Assembly: GCA_963693365.1 (NCBI GenBank)
Contig: CAVNZM010000013.1
Span: 3,004,722-3,068,721, forward strand
Direction: 5' to 3'
Source of the DNA: Amoebidium appalachense
Taxonomy: Eukaryota; Protista; Ichthyosporea
DNA: 64,000 nt
The first letter of the stretch is position 1. Each line of letters starts with the position of its first letter. Under the pieces are notes generated by a model. That model did no database searches, had not been told where the DNA came from, and worked only from the letters and a program-made list of their open reading frames with translations. The translations under genes and the position numbers were made by a program. Shown piece by piece: positions 62,237 to 64,000 of the stretch.

Positions 62237-64000
62237 TCAGTTCTCTCTCGTGCGCGCGCACAATTCTTCCTTCTCTCTCACCGTGGATTCAAGCCTCTTT
62301 TTCAAATCGGCTACGGTTTTTCCCAGCGCGGCGTTGTCTTTCCCGAATTTCAGCGCAATGTTGTTAAGTTTGCGTTTCAGGCTGTCTATGTTCCCATCCC
62401 TCTCTCGCAACTGAACTTCAAGAGTAGCGATTTCAGATTCGGAAACCCGATTAGCATCGATTAGCGCGTTGATCTTCGATTTCATTTCTTCCTTCTTGGC
62501 GCATTTTCCCGCGTATTCATCCAACCTCCTTTTCGTTTCCTCTCTTTCCCTCTCAAATACCCTCACCTCCTTCGATCTTTCCTCCATGTAAGCGCCAAAC
62601 TCTATCTCGATTTCACCCCTCTTCTCCCTTTCCATCTCCGCCTCCCTTTTCAACCCCCTCTCCTTCTCCTTAAACTCTCTCTCCCTCTCCTCTTTTTCTT
62701 TCTTTAACCCATCCACCTCTTTTTCCTTCTCCTCCATCCAACGGCCATATTCCGACTCCATTCTCTCTCCCTGTACCTTCAGTTCCTCCGCCTCTCTCTC
62801 CTTTTCACGCCACCGCGACATCCAATCAATTTCCATCACCTTCTTTTCCTTCCGAACCGCCTCCGTCTCCGCCTCTTTCCCTTCCACAATCTTCCGCCAT
62901 TCTTTCTCTATTTTCTCTCTCTGTATTTTCATTTCCAGCGCGTGCGCGTCCTTCAACCTCCCCGAATGTTCTTTCGCCACCAGAAGCGCCTTATGAAATT
63001 TCCCGTCGTTTTCTTTGGACAGGGTTTCAAACCTCCGCGCCCGTTGCTCGACCGACTCCAACTTCCGTTCCCATTGTTCCTTTTCCGTTCCCCAGCATGT
63101 CCTAGTGAAGTCCACCTCTTTCTTTAGGCGCGCTATTATACCCCCCATTTTCTCGCTCTCCGTCTTCCATTTTTCCTTCTCCGCCAAGTGCTGGTTTTGG
63201 CTGTCCTTTAACATCCGCTCCAATTCGTTTCTCCTCCCATCCCACTGAGTCTCAGTATTTAGCGCATATTCTCTCTGTCTCCTTCCCATCTCTTCCTTCA
63301 TCCCCTCCTTTTCCTTCTCCCACCCAACCTTCCTCTCTTCGTTTTCCTTTTCCAGGCGGCAAACAGCCCCCCTCAATCCCTCCCTCTCTTTCTTCCATCC
63401 CTCCTCCTTTTGCAAAAACTCTCTCTCCGCAACACTCACCTTCGTTTCCATCTCTTCCTTCTCCTTCTGCCATTTTCGGCTGCTCTCCGTATATTCCCTT
63501 CGCTTTTCTTCAATCACCTTGTTCATCGACTTTCTTTCCTCCTCCCATTCCTCACGCTTCTTGTTCAAATCATCTCTTAATAGCTCCATGTCCAACCTCA
63601 GTTGCCTCTTTTCATTCTCCCATTCCATCTTTCGTTCCTCATAGTCTTTTGTCATACGCTGCATTTTCTCGCTGGCTTCTACCTTCTCCTTCTCCCACTC
63701 AATCAACTTTTCCCCGTGTTCTTTCTTCAAGTTCTCCGTTTCCTTTTTTGTCTCTTCCTTCTCTCTCTCCCTTTCCGCCCGTTCCTTTGCGACTTGCTCT
63801 TCGAAGTTTTTCACCTCGTTGCCCGCTCTCTCTTTCTCCCGCTCCCATTCCGTTCTCTCTTGCATATGTTCCGTTCTCGTTCTTTCCAGTTCCCCATTCA
63901 TTTCCATTTTCTCCTTTTCCCATCTTTCACGATTCATCCCGTGACTTCTTTTCTCCTCCTCTTTCTCTGTTTCCAGCCTATTCACCCTCATCTCGTACTC
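62237..64000 (-). CDS. Long Glu/Lys/Arg-rich coiled-coil protein with 25-residue Trp repeats; 5'-partial (frame open to window edge)
   Basis: At least 584 uninterrupted codons with recurring (E/K)W(E/K)xE(K/R). No microsatellite or intron. Confidence 0.85.
   Translation of the reverse strand, partial: EYEMRVNRLETEKEEEKRSHGMNRERWEKEKMEMNGELERTRTEHMQERTEWEREKERAGNEVKNFEEQVAKERAEREREKEETKKETENLKKEHGEKLIEWEKEKVEASEKMQRMTKDYEERKMEWENEKRQLRLDMELLRDDLNKKREEWEEERKSMNKVIEEKRREYTESSRKWQKEKEEMETKVSVAEREFLQKEEGWKKEREGLRGAVCRLEKENEERKVGWEKEKEGMKEEMGRRQREYALNTETQWDGRRNELERMLKDSQNQHLAEKEKWKTESEKMGGIIARLKKEVDFTRTCWGTEKEQWERKLESVEQRARRFETLSKENDGKFHKALLVAKEHSGRLKDAHALEMKIQREKIEKEWRKIVEGKEAETEAVRKEKKVMEIDWMSRWREKEREAEELKVQGERMESEYGRWMEEKEKEVDGLKKEKEEREREFKEKERGLKREAEMEREKRGEIEIEFGAYMEERSKEVRVFEREREETKRRLDEYAGKCAKKEEMKSKINALIDANRVSESEIATLEVQLRERDGNIDSLKRKLNNIALKFGKDNAALGKTVADLKKRLESTVREKEELCARTREN

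Overview
Eukaryotic, intron-rich genomic DNA saturated with (CA/TG)n, (GA/TC)n and poly(C/G) tracts. Almost all ORFs in the supplied track are microsatellite translation artefacts. The taxon cannot be fixed from the sequence; a protist or fungus-like lineage is only a guess. Manual GT-AG splicing supports these genes: a 2-exon Ser-rich disordered protein (5596-8610 +); three tandem paralogous 2-exon genes for secreted six-cysteine prepropeptides (10.2-19.8 kb, -); a frameshifted coiled-coil pseudogene (25.7-27.6 kb); a 14-exon, 659-aa Pro/Ser-rich protein with a C-terminal coiled coil (29179-43993 +); a class-C-GPCR-like multi-TM gene (53942-60211 +); and a 5'-partial coiled-coil protein with a 25-residue Trp repeat (62237-end, -). 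A dead LINE (46.0-52.4 kb) hosts two nested DNA transposons. One is an intact 3004-bp piggyBac-like element with an ATAT (not TTAA) target duplication, TGAT..ATCA ends and an N-terminal Tudor-like domain. The other is a 2055-bp non-autonomous hAT-type element. Further MITEs and a dispersed, 5'-truncated, poly(C)-tailed repeat with a covarying hairpin are also present. The best novelty candidates are the Cys-rich peptide cluster, the ATAT piggyBac, and the poly(C)-tailed structured repeat.
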